In this document: positions 1-11,900 of the stretch, piece after piece
Layout: the number at the start of each line of letters is the position of its first letter
Numbering within the stretch: the first letter of the stretch is position 1
DNA from: an uncultured Bacillales bacterium
GTDB lineage: Bacteria; Bacillota_I; Bacilli_A; RF39; UBA660
Assembly (NCBI GenBank): GCA_947165475.1
Contig: CAMVAN010000001.1
Span: forward strand, 1 to 55,407
Reading direction: 5' to 3'
Length of the DNA: 55,407 nt
The notes under the pieces: generated by a model
What the model saw: only the letters and a program-made list of their open reading frames with translations
Told to the model about the DNA's origin: nothing
Databases searched by the model: none
Program-made: the position numbers and the translations under genes

Positions 1-1145
1 TCACGCAAGCTATTTAATATTAAATCTTCTAACTTGTCATAATTATTAGAATGTGAAGTACATAAATGTTCTTTCATATATGTTCTATAGTAATTGCATA
101 ATGTATATGCTTTATTATCTTTTTTTCTTCTTGCTTGTACTGATATTCTATGACCACAATCTCCACAATATAATAAGCCATCTAATAAGTTATTTTCTTT
201 TTTTTCTTTTCGACCTACATTTTTAGGTAATCTCTTTTGAACCTCATAAAATACATCTTTATCGATAATTGCTTCATGAGTATTTTCTACAACAATATAA
301 TTATTTGGATTATTATTAACTATCTTTTTTACCTTATAATTAACTTTACACCTTCTCCCCTGTACTAAATCACCTGTATAAATCCTATTTTTTAAAATAT
401 CATAAATAGTTTTCACATTCCATTTGTTAAATGTAGGATTATAATTGCCACACCATTCAAATCCATAATAAGCTGCTGGTGTTTTAACTCCTTCACTAGT
501 TAATATATCTGCAATTTTATAATAAGATAATCCATCTAGTGCCATATCAAATATTCTTCTAACAATAATAGCTTGTTCTGAATCAACGATTAATTGATTC
601 TTATTATTCTTGTCTTTAGTATACCCAAACGGAGCTCTACCACCAACATATTTACCATCTTTCATTTTTGCTTTAAGACTAGACTTTATTTTCTTAGATA
701 TATCCTTTGCATAAAAATCATTCATAATTGCTTTAAAAGGAGCTATATCATTATTAGTTGAATCTAGATAAGTATCAATATTATCAGTAACTGCAATATA
801 CCTAACATTATGTTCTGGAAAGAACTTCTCAACGAGTTCTCCTGTGCCAATATAATCTCTTCCAAGTCGAGACATATCTTTTGTAATAACCATATTGATT
901 TTCTTATTCTCAATATCTTTAATTAATCTAATAAAACCTGGTCGATCAAAATTTGTTCCACTATATCCATCATCAATATAAAAATCATAAACTCTTAAAT
1001 TGTTTTCTTTTACATATTGGAGCAATAAACTTTTCTGATTAGTTATACTTTCACTTTCATAACTTTTATCATCATCCTCACGAGATAATCTTATATATAA
1101 GCCAACATTATATATATTATTCACACTTTCTAAATGTATAATCAT
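1..1145 (-). CDS. Large serine recombinase (resolvase catalytic domain + recombinase domain + zinc ribbon); C-terminus runs off the left window edge
   Basis: Absent from the ORF track because there is no stop in the window. Minus-strand translation from ATG 1145: MIIHLESVNNIYNVGLYIRLSREDDDKSYESESITNQK..YIDDGYSGTNFDRPGF..MVITKDMSRLGRDY..GGRAPFGYTKD..LLYCGDCGHRISVQ. It shows the catalytic-Ser motif RLSRED, the SRLGRD motif and a CxxC ribbon, typical of phage/ICE/skin-type large serine recombinases. Confidence 0.9.
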   Translation of the reverse strand, partial: MIIHLESVNNIYNVGLYIRLSREDDDKSYESESITNQKSLLLQYVKENNLRVYDFYIDDGYSGTNFDRPGFIRLIKDIENKKINMVITKDMSRLGRDYIGTGELVEKFFPEHNVRYIAVTDNIDTYLDSTNNDIAPFKAIMNDFYAKDISKKIKSSLKAKMKDGKYVGGRAPFGYTKDKNNKNQLIVDSEQAIIVRRIFDMALDGLSYYKIADILTSEGVKTPAAYYGFEWCGNYNPTFNKWNVKTIYDILKNRIYTGDLVQGRRCKVNYKVKKIVNNNPNNYIVVENTHEAIIDKDVFYEVQKRLPKNVGRKEKKENNLLDGLLYCGDCGHRISVQARRKKDNKAYTLCNYYRTYMKEHLCTSHSNNYDKLEDLILNSLR

Positions 1146-1153
1146 TACCTCAC

Positions 1154-1261
1154 TTACTTTTTAAAATTTAATTTACTAATCTCTTTCAACAATACTTTTA
1201 TAAAAATATCATTTAATGACTTATTATCTTCAAAAGTAAAAACAATATTATAATTTGTCAT
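1154..1261 (-). CDS. Small 35-aa ORF immediately upstream of the recombinase (function unknown)
   Basis: MTNYNIVFTFEDNKSLNDIFIKVLLKEISKLNFKK, preceded by AGGTGA 4-5 nt upstream. Its stop lies 8 nt before the recombinase ATG. It is below the ORF-track length cutoff. Confidence 0.25.
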   Translation of the reverse strand: MTNYNIVFTFEDNKSLNDIFIKVLLKEISKLNFKK

Positions 1262-1285
1262 AACTTCACCTATTAAAAATTATGA

Positions 1286-1495
1286 TTAGTTAATGAAAAA
1301 TATTAAAAAAGTTTCACGAATTTTGGGAAACTTTTTATTATCAAAAATTGCTCTTTCCAACTCTTCTACATTCTCTGTTTTTTCTTTTAAACTAATTGCT
1401 TTTATTTTTACATTACCATTATCACAAGTTTGAGCATTTACCATGAATGGAAATAGTAATACAAGTAACAACAATAATATGTTATGTACTTTCAT
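1286..1495 (-). CDS. Small secreted protein (signal peptide, about 69 aa)
   Basis: The internal Met gives MKVHNILLLLLVLLFPFMVNAQTC.., a classical signal peptide with a VNA-Q cleavage-like site. The longer track ORF (to 1543) adds an implausible N-terminus. Confidence 0.35.
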   Translation of the reverse strand: MKVHNILLLLLVLLFPFMVNAQTCDNGNVKIKAISLKEKTENVEELERAIFDNKKFPKIRETFLIFFIN

Positions 1496-1559
1496 AAAAA
1501 ACACCCTATTATTTATTAATATCATTATAAAGCACACAATCACTATTTACAAATCAAAA

Positions 1560-1586
1560 AAATATCTAACAATTTGTTAAATATTT
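1560..1586 (-). terminator. AT-rich 13+13 bp near-perfect palindrome; possible intrinsic terminator of the 198-aa gene or an operator upstream of the 69-aa gene
   Basis: aaatatctaacaa-t-ttgttaaatattt has one mismatch. On the minus strand it is followed by a TTTTT run. It lies 69 nt downstream of the stop at 1655 and 65 nt upstream of the ATG at 1495. Confidence 0.3.
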
Positions 1587-1654
1587 TTTCTAATATCTAT
1601 TTATTTTTATTCATCATAAAGAAACAATCTTAATTATAATATGAAAAACAAATC

Positions 1655-2251
1655 TTATTCATATGAACAATCATTTGGATCTATAAACACTACCTTTTTT
1701 ACTTTTTTATAATTAGATTTAATAAAACTCTTCAATGTCTTTGATAAATCATTTATAGAATATTCCTTATTTCCTGTAGATTTTTCTTTATAATTATCAA
1801 TAAACTCTTTTATTGAATTTTTATTTTTCTTATCAATCTTATTATAATCATAAGAAAAGAAATCTTTTTGAGTAATCAAATCTATTGCATAATTTTTTTC
1901 ATCTTTTGAACCAACAGAATACAAATACTCCTCTCCATTAAAATATACTCCTACATAAATATACTTCCATGAATTACCAAAAGGACTATTCAATATATTA
2001 TCTGAAACACACGTAATTTTATTACCTGCAGGTATAAAAAGCATAGTATCTGTTGAATTATATTTATATTCAATACCATCATTTATCTTAACCATAACAT
2101 CTCGCACATACATAGAAACATTATTATAATATTCCTCTTTTCTATTATCAACTGAATTATCTTTTTCATTATTGAATAAGAAAAGACAACCAACCGATGT
2201 TAGCACTAATATAAATAAAATAATTAAAAAAATCTTTTTCACAAGTGTCAT
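1655..2251 (-). CDS. Hypothetical membrane-anchored or lipoprotein-like protein (198 aa)
   Basis: Track ORF. The N-terminal hydrophobic segment KKIFLIILFILVLTSVGC is followed by a soluble domain. AAGGAG abuts the ATG, so a downstream GTG start is possible. Confidence 0.6.
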   Translation of the reverse strand: MTLVKKIFLIILFILVLTSVGCLFLFNNEKDNSVDNRKEEYYNNVSMYVRDVMVKINDGIEYKYNSTDTMLFIPAGNKITCVSDNILNSPFGNSWKYIYVGVYFNGEEYLYSVGSKDEKNYAIDLITQKDFFSYDYNKIDKKNKNSIKEFIDNYKEKSTGNKEYSINDLSKTLKSFIKSNYKKVKKVVFIDPNDCSYE

Positions 2252-2296
2252 CTCCTTATATATTATATCATCTAATAATTTAATATTAAAGACTTA

Positions 2297-2320
2297 GAGA
2301 CTATGATTTCCCATAGTCTC
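2297..2320 (-). terminator. Hairpin downstream of the last gene of the large operon (candidate intrinsic terminator)
   Basis: gagactatg / catagtctc form a 9-bp perfect stem with a 6-nt loop, 21 nt after the stop at 2341. The downstream tract UAAGUCUUUAAUAUU is only moderately U-rich. Confidence 0.4.
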
Positions 2321-2340
2321 CAGCCTCACAAACATTTATA

Positions 2341-2904
2341 TTAATATAGTCCTTGAATCTTTTTTAAATCAGCTTTTGATAAATCAGATAATATCCATTT
2401 ATCACCTTGCTTATATAAGTTAAATGTTATTTGGTATTCTTCTCTAAGATTATATTTTGATATAACATCCAACTTATATTCAATTTCATCAGACACAGTC
2501 TTAAATTCTTCTTTATGATTCTCAACATATGTAGAAGCTTTTTCATATGCAGCACTAATATCTATAGTACTAATTTGAACATTTAAAACTGCATCATGCT
2601 CACTAATAGTAGTATCTTCATTATCAATAATATTATAATTGATTTGTTCATATTTAAACTTAACGATTCCCTCATATCTTTCTTTTTGTATATTACTTAA
2701 CTCATCATCAAATGGATATTTAATTTCTTTAACAATAGATTCATCAAGTTTCTTATACTTTTCCATATATTCTTTTACTAATTCTCTAGGATTCTTATTT
2801 TCACCAAAATGCTTATTGTTTAGTAAAAAAACAATTAAAACAATCATTAATATAATTATTACAATTAGCGCAAATAGAATTTTAGGTTTCTTTTTCAAAT
2901 TCAT
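2341..2904 (-). CDS. Single-pass membrane protein with a ~150-aa extracytoplasmic domain; last gene of the operon
   Basis: Track ORF. The TM segment is ILFALIVIIILMIVLIVFLL. The start overlaps the stop of the 3245-aa gene by 4 nt (ATGA), and a GGGAGAAG RBS lies upstream. Confidence 0.7.
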   Translation of the reverse strand: MNLKKKPKILFALIVIIILMIVLIVFLLNNKHFGENKNPRELVKEYMEKYKKLDESIVKEIKYPFDDELSNIQKERYEGIVKFKYEQINYNIIDNEDTTISEHDAVLNVQISTIDISAAYEKASTYVENHKEEFKTVSDEIEYKLDVISKYNLREEYQITFNLYKQGDKWILSDLSKADLKKIQGLY

Positions 2905-5900
2905 CTTCTCTTCTCCCTTATAACAAACTTAATATTAAATAACCATAGTACAAAGAATACTACTATACCTAATGTTATAAAACCAAATATATAAAGAATA
3001 CCGATAGCTACATTGGCTTTTGTATTCTTACTATCAATATAAAAACTTATTAACTCTGGTCTACTATATATTTTTTCATTTTCAGTTTCTTGATTATTGT
3101 CTTCAATCAACTGTTTCAAATCAACAACTTCATAATTATCAGATATACTATTATAATAAGTGATATACTTTCCTTTTTGAATAACATATCCTTCAGATGA
3201 AGAATTCTTACTATTATTACTATCACTCACAACTTTTTTAGAAGAATCACGTTCAGTAATATATCTTCCATGCTTATCTTTTACAATAGAATTATTTTGA
3301 AGAAGCTCTTTTAAATTAACTGCATCTTGATAATTACTATTATTCTTCTCAATCACTCCTAAAGTAGTATATGAACTTTGATTTTTCTTTGCATAAGTTG
3401 CAAAAGAAATCTTTTTAGTAATCTTTTCACTTAATATTTCTTTACCAGTTCTATAATCAAATACCAATACTTTACCGGATTCATACATCATCACAACATA
3501 ACTTGAATCCGTATTTAAGTTATTACTCATATAAACAATTTCTTCATTTTTAAACTTGTCAGGAGTTAAAATTTTATCTTTAATATTTAAAAGTTTATGA
3601 TTATCTAATAAAACAGTAGATATTTCTTTTCCTTGATAACTATCAATAATTATTCCATATAAATTTCTATCTAAATCTTTATCAATTATTTCAATTCTAT
3701 TATCTTTAACATATATTATATTATCATATACATTACTAGAATCTTTAGATTCAATTATAGAATACAATCCATATGTATTAATCTTTGTTTTTTCATATTT
3801 AAATTCATATAAAGGTTTTGACTCATCATACATAGAAAATTCCAAACCATTTTGATTAGATAACTTTTTATTTGTACTTAAATCATAAACATCTAAGCTA
3901 TTTGTTAATAAATAATGATCATAAACATGTAAAGCATCAGAATATTCATTAGTATTACCTTTTAACTTTCCTTCGTAAATATAAGCATACTTATCATCAA
4001 ATGTGGTAACCAAATTCTTAAGTTCATCTGCAGTCCAAGTTTCTTCCTTTGTATTTAATCCATCAGTTATCACTAGTCTTATATCATCTTTATAATTATA
4101 CCTAAAAGTATAAGTCCTTTTTGATATTGGTTGATCTTCTAATTTAATCTTTCCTGAATAAATAGAGAAATACGTAGATTCATCTAAATTACTAAAATCA
4201 AGATTAATAGAATCAACTCCACTAGAATAAACTTTAAATTCTGGCATAATATGTAAGCCATATCTAGAAACTCCTGTACTTTTAAAATGAACTTCAGCAG
4301 TTGGTAAAGGTATATCATCATAAGTTGAGTAATAGCTCTTTAATCTTGGATACATTCCAGAAGAAAGTGTTGAAAAATCATAATAAGATGTGGAAAGTCC
4401 TGCATTAGTATAATTCTTTTGAACTTTCATTTGTTCCGATGTTAAAGTCTTACCAGCTTGAATAGAGTTTATTCCTGGAACATTCATAACAGGGACATCA
4501 TTAATTGTACTACCTTCATATACAGAAAATCTAGATACTGTTTCAGTATATTCCTTATCAAATGGAGTATATATACCAACATGACTATCTTCTCCAGTAG
4601 AATTAACATTTACCGCAATAACAGTATTATAGAACATTTTGTCTGTTAATTGCATTGGAGCATATCCAGTATAACCACCAACAAAATCCTCACCAGTAAC
4701 TTCAGTATTTGCAAGTAAAAACTGATGAGTAATACCTGAATAAGAGTTATTAGTTGGATCTACATTATTAATATATCCATAAGCACCACCAACATAGTTT
4801 TTACCTTTAACTTTAGCATTCAAAACAGTATAATACGTACGGAAAAATGTTCCATACCCAGTATAACCACCAACTTTTGTATTTCCATTTACTTCAACAT
4901 TATATCCATAAGAATAATTCATGTTAGCACCATAATTATATCCATAGAATCCACCAGTTGAATCTCCAACACTATTAACTTTAGTATTTTTTACCGTAAT
5001 TCTATTTATAGTATTACCTTGTTTAATACCTGCAACACCACCAGTATACTGTCCACTTGCAGATAATTGATTTACTTCTACATTCTCAACTAAAGCTCTA
5101 TCAACTCCATAATATAGATTTCCAGTAAGACCACCAACATACATCTGACCATTAGCATTAACGACCGTATCTAAAATATCGACATATGCTACTCCATGTT
5201 CATAAATATATCCAGAAAATCCGCCAATATTATATCCAGAAGATTCCTCAGGTAACGGAAGACCATTTATTGTAGAATTCTTTATAGAAGAATGGCTTGA
5301 TCCTCCCAAACCAAATACACCACCAACAAAAGACAAACCAGATACGTTCATATCTTCAACAGTATAATAAAAATCACGAACTGGATTAGAATAATTTTTA
5401 GATCCTATAACCCCACCTACATAGTTATTACCAGTAACAGTACATCCTTTTGCATTAACAGTACTAATATCAACTGTATTTGCTTGACCAATAAATCCAC
5501 CAACATAATTTGATCCAGTTATGTTATTACCTTCAATACTAACATTTTTAATATCTAAACCACTATTTCTAGCTATTGGACCAACAAATATAATATTTGG
5601 AGCATTTATAGTTACATTTTTAAATTTAACATTCTCAACATCACCATAATTAATAACAACTAATCCAAAAGAAATTCCATCTGCATCATCAATTTTTTGA
5701 TAAGTACTATTTAGGGTAATATTTTCAAAAGATACATTACTCATATTATTAGTAATGGAAGAAATAAGACCAGAATAATCACTAGAAATTGTTACATTAA
5801 TATTTTTAATTGTATGCATCTCACCATTTATTCCTTCAAGTCTTCCAAAAGAAACATTAGTTTTTACATTTGTTTTTCCAGCAAAATCGATATCATTTGT

Positions 5901-8900
5901 CAAACGATAATTTTCGTGAGTATGTTCATCAACTGCTTGCCAATCTTCAAATTTTGCTAAATCTCTATAAAATCTTAAGTTCTCAATTACTACTGACTTC
6001 CGATAGTTTTCCTCTTTTCCATTTTCTTCATAAACAATATTCTTTAATACATAGTTATCATAGTATCTCGTAGGTTTTACTCTTAGGTTTGCAACGGTTG
6101 TTCCATCTGCAGTAGAAATATTACTGCTTAATATTTGTAAATAATCAAACTCTAATTCTTTAACTTCTAAATTATTAGGATTATTAATTACCATATATAA
6201 ATAAGCATTATCTGCAGAAACTTCTTTTTGAACATCCAAAACATTAAACTTTTCTAATACCAACGGAATATCCCTCTGATTTGCAAGTAACTCTCCAGTA
6301 CCTGAATTTATTAATTTTGGTAAAGATTTATCTAAATCTTCATAATAAAACTGATCACCAAAATCTAAAACATCAATATATGTATCCCTCTCTTGTAATT
6401 GTTCAGTAGTTAAAAATTTTTCATAGTCAATATGACCAGAAATATATCCATTAAATGGTTGATATTCCCATACATAGTTATTTTGAAAGTTGCTCAATTT
6501 CATTCCTGTAGTTCTTCCTACAAGATCTCCTAAATAAGGAGAACTAACTGCTCCAATAGCTAATGTATAGCTTACATCTGTCGAATTTGGTACTCCAACG
6601 ATTCCTCCAGTATATGGCATATCAGTTGTAACATCAACTGCTGACCACACATGACTTACGATTCCACTATTTGAACCTACTATTCCTCCAGTATATATAG
6701 TAGAAGATTCAATTCTACCAGTAGCATAAGAATAAGATACACTTCCACTTCCAAGTTGTCCTACAAGTCCACCAATACCAAATGAAGCATATATATCTGA
6801 AGCATCAATAAAGACATCATTAGCAAAACAATTTCTTACCTGAAGCATACTTCCAGTACCAACTAAAGCCCCAATTCTTATATTATGCTTATTTGCCGTA
6901 TTAATATTTTGAAAATCTGTAACTGAGCTATTATCTATCATCGTATCATAAGCATATCCAATAAAGCCACCAACATAATATCGTCCACCAACTCTAGCGT
7001 GTTTCATATGAACATTATTAATTCTTGCTCCACTAGTTGAACTATAAACAAATCCACCATAATCAGTACTATCTGTTTTAGTAAAATTTTCGATATTAAG
7101 ATTTTCTAAAGTACCTGCAAGAATATAAATCAAACCTGTTCCAACATCTATTCGAACATTTTTAATAGTATGTCCATCACCATTTATTTTTCCTACGAAA
7201 GTCTCTTCGATTACAAAATTCGATGCATCAACTTCACTAAAATCAAGATCGTTCTTTAATATGTAATTTTGTTCACGATTATTATTAATATTTTTCCAAT
7301 CATTTAAATTATAAATAGGATAATACAATGAAAAATCAATTGATCGTTCAAATTCACCATAATCTCTTGTAGTAGAAAAATTTAAACTTCCGACAGATAC
7401 TATCTTTCTTAAATAATATCTTGAGGTATATTTAATTGGATCAGATACCTTAATTTGTACATTTGATATTTCTCTATCATCCTCTTGAGATAAAATCTCT
7501 ACTGTTCCAATATCTTTTATACCAATTTCTGTAATTTTTTCATGAGCTGGATTATTAACTCTTACTTCAATAATTGCAGAGTCACCATCATTACTAATTT
7601 CTTTTGCCGAAGTAACATCTAATAAATCTCTATCCTGTACCTCTGGTAAAGGAATCCAATCTTGATTAGGCATACAATCATTCAATATTACTTGTGGATA
7701 ATATCCTAAACGAACAAACTTATCTACTTCAAATCCTTTATTATCATTCAATACTTTATCTTGGAATTCAGCATCATATAATGCTAATTTACTAATTTTT
7801 GTACTATAAACTCCGTCTCCACCATATGTTTTATCAGAAGCATAAAACATATTATCTACACTAATATTACCACTATAGCCACCAATATTAGGATCTTCAG
7901 TAATTGGATTTGTATTAACCTTTTTAGGATCCTCAACAGAATATACATTTTTAATAGAACCAGCATATGAGAAACCAATTAAATTTCCTACTCCCTCATT
8001 TTGTATTGAACCGTCTTTTTCAACTGAAATAAGTGAAAAAATATTTTGAACAAAAGAAGAACTTGAAGAATATGTAACAAAAACTCCTACTTCCTTATGC
8101 TCATAACTACTAGGCTTCTCAAAATAAGCATATATGTTTTCACCATAGGCATAGCCATTCATTAATAATCCACCATTATAATTAACAAGTAAGCCACTCC
8201 AAGCACTTGCAGACATTTGAGCCTCTGTATGTATAACAAAGTTTTTGATTGTTCCATAATTACTATGTGCTAATAAACTATTATTTACATTAGGAACTTT
8301 TGTCGCTTCTTTTAATGTCACAAACACATTATCAAACGTACCATAACTATACTGAACAACCCCATATAAGTTTGACTTTGATGTCTCATTATCAGCATAT
8401 ACATCTAAAACTAGGTTTTTAATAATTGAACTACTCCTAGTTCGATAAATTACGTAATTCGGTCTATTCACAACATTGTATATCAATTTATGTCCTTGAA
8501 AATCAATTTCGCCATAAAAATCATATCCTATATACCTATTTATATTTCTTATATCCAAATCATTTAATACGATATATCTTCCATTTGTATGCATTTCAAA
8601 AAAGTCAGTAACTGTTTTAATACTTCTTATTTCTGCATTTGCATCAAATTCTACAAAATCAATATTATAAAAACGATTTCTTACTTTTACTGATAAATAT
8701 ATCTTATACTTTTTATATTTAGTAACAGCATATTTTTTAGTTTCATTAATTGCTCGATGATTTGTTAAATCATAATGAAGTGTGTCAACAAGTTTATCAC
8801 CTATATAAACTCTTAAATAATAATCATTAGTTGGTATTTCATGTCTAGTATCATCCATATTTATATTAAGATTAGCCTGATAAGTATTATTTTCTTGATA

Positions 8901-11900
8901 AGGAATATATTTATTATCATAACTATCACTAAATTCATTACCATAAGCAACACAACCTAAATGACCAGATATATATGATGAACCTCCAGAACCTCCTCCA
9001 GAACTATTGTTAGAAGGGAATCCTCCATAGAATCCACCACCTGCTCCTCCAGTATCAGTCTTAGTTGTTACATTAACTGCATATCCAAAAGCAGAACCAT
9101 ATGTCTGTGTAGCAAAATAAGAACGAGTTAGAACACCATTTATATAAGTACCATCACTAGATAAAGCACCACCTGCTCCTCCTGAGCCATCATTAGTACC
9201 CCATAATGTTCCAGTAAGATCATCAGTTCCACCACCACCGGCGGCTACCATTATTCTTGACTTCAACGATTCAGATTCATTCCATTCGCCACCTATAAGT
9301 CTAACATCAGTAGCACCACCTCCTGAACCAGAATTGGCGTTACCTCCGTTTCCACCACCATTATATCCACCAAGAGGGCCTTTATAAGAATTGGTTCCAG
9401 AGCCATAAACTCCTGCTCCTCCTACGTAAATATATATTGGAACATGAACTTTTAGTTGTATATCACCTCTTGTATAAGCACCACGTCCAGCATGACATGC
9501 AATACTTTGATCTTCTCCAGATGTGTTGGTACCATCTCCTCCTGCCGCACCCCATAATTCTATTCTATAAGTAGAAGTACTTGGAGGAGTAAACATTTGA
9601 TAACTCCCTGTATAATCAAATTCAAAAACCTGATTTGTCTTCAAATTAGTTATTCTAGCATGACCATTACCATAATTACCAACAGTAGTTACCTCTCCAG
9701 ATCTATAAGATGGCATAATCTCATCGCCTGACATCATCATTGTATTAGTAAACTTCATTCCTGATGAATGATAAGAAAGAGATTCATCTTTCGCAGCATC
9801 TATAGCCAAATCATAAGATCTAATTTGAATATTTTTAAATAAAACATCAGTTCTGGTATTTGTAGTATTAGTCTCTGCTATTAAAAAACCAATATATGGA
9901 TTTACCATCATTATTTCCATACTATAACTAGTCCAATCAGTTTTAGATAAATTATCAAGCTTATATGATTGTGTGTTTTGAAAATTATTACTAATATATA
10001 CTGGTGCAGTATTTTCAGTATCTTCATGATACTTAGCTTCAAAAGTAATTTTTATAATATGTTTATGTGCCTCAGGTAAATAATAAGAATAATTTACATA
10101 ACCAGCTTTTGCTGAAAACCTTATTATATTGTTTTCAAAATCAAATGTTTTATTTGCCGTATATCCTTCTGTTCGAAACCTAGTTATATCATTTATATTA
10201 AACAAGTTTGCAGATAATGGTTGCCTTGAAATATCATTTAAAGAAATACTTCCGATTATTCCTTCATCAGTTCTAATCTTATCTTCTAATATTGCATAAT
10301 CTCCATAAAATGTTGAATTATCATATCCAATATTATAAGAATCTACATAATATCTAAAAGTATAAACCATTAAAGGTTCAAGTTTTTCATACGTAAGTCT
10401 AACAAAATCATCATTTTTATTTAATTCCGTTTTATCAATCATCTTACCAGTACTATCTCTTACTTCAACAGCAACAATATTACCATCTATTGCACCATCA
10501 ACATCAATAACTTTTACATCGAAATCAATAATAGAAGAATTAACAAATCTATTTTTAACCTCAACTCTTGCTTCTTTTTTATAAGTTTTAAATTTTTGTA
10601 CAGTTGAAATAACTTTTATAGATTCCTCTTTTTCACCCTGTGTAACACCAGATATATATTCAATCTTATATTCACTCTTAGAATATAATCCATATATATT
10701 AACATTAACATATTCATCATTAGATATTTTTACCAATTCACTTGGACTATATGAATGTGTAAATACTACCATCCCATCAGAATCATAAACATTAATAGTC
10801 ATACTAGTTAATAATTCTATTAATAAAGGACTTGTTGATCCTCTATCAATACTAGTTCTTATTGTAACACTTCCATCCGTTAAATTTTTAATAGAATTAT
10901 CAACCCTAAAATAGCCTAAAGAAGAAAGTGGTATAGTTGAAAACTTAAAGGACCCCAAAAGATTATTTTTTGCATTTCCTTTCCCATCATTTAAATTATA
11001 ATCACCATATACGTTAATTGTATAGTTTTGATTAGTATTTAATGTTGTCAATGAAATTGAATTTGTCTTTTTAGTTGGATCCATCAATCCACTAGCTATT
11101 TCTTTTCCAATAGCATCATAAATCACATATTTATAATTATTAATATTAATTTCATCTTCATTATTCAACACAGCAGTTAATTCTACTTTATTAACATCTA
11201 TAGAAACAATTTTAACTTGAGCAGATGGTGGTTTATTAGAAGTATACGTCTCACCATCAGCAATCTTTGATTTCAATATATTACCATACGAGTCAATTAA
11301 CTGAAAACTATATTTAATTTTACTCTTACTTGGTAATGAAGTAGGAGATTCATAACCAATAGTTTGCCCAGCTCTTAGCTTACTATTACTAGATGACGAG
11401 AAATAATAATCAGCATCATTTATTATTATTTTTATTTTATTAAGTCCATACAAAGCATCAGTTTTTAAATCTGATATTATTTTTACATTTTTCAATTCAA
11501 TTTTATCTGGATATATATCACCATTTTCATAAACAATTTCTATTGGAGCCAAATCATCAATAGAGCCCATTTTTATTTCCTGTTCGAAAAAACTCTGCTC
11601 AATTTTCTTATTCTCTTCATCATAATACTTAAAACTTCCTACTACATTATACGTAACACCTGGTTCAAGCGGTGAAACTATTATTTTTCCACCAGAGCCG
11701 TATACTTTTCTAAGAGAAATTTTACCATTTTTATAGAAATGAAAATTTATTCCTCCAATTATTCGATTAGCAGGATCATTAATCGTAATTTCTGAAGTAG
11801 CTGTATATGTCTTAGTTTCAAAAGGAATTACAGAAACCTTAGGCTTAACATACTTAACCTCCGGTTTTGGAGGTGCTGGAGTAGTTGTATTTTTCTCATC

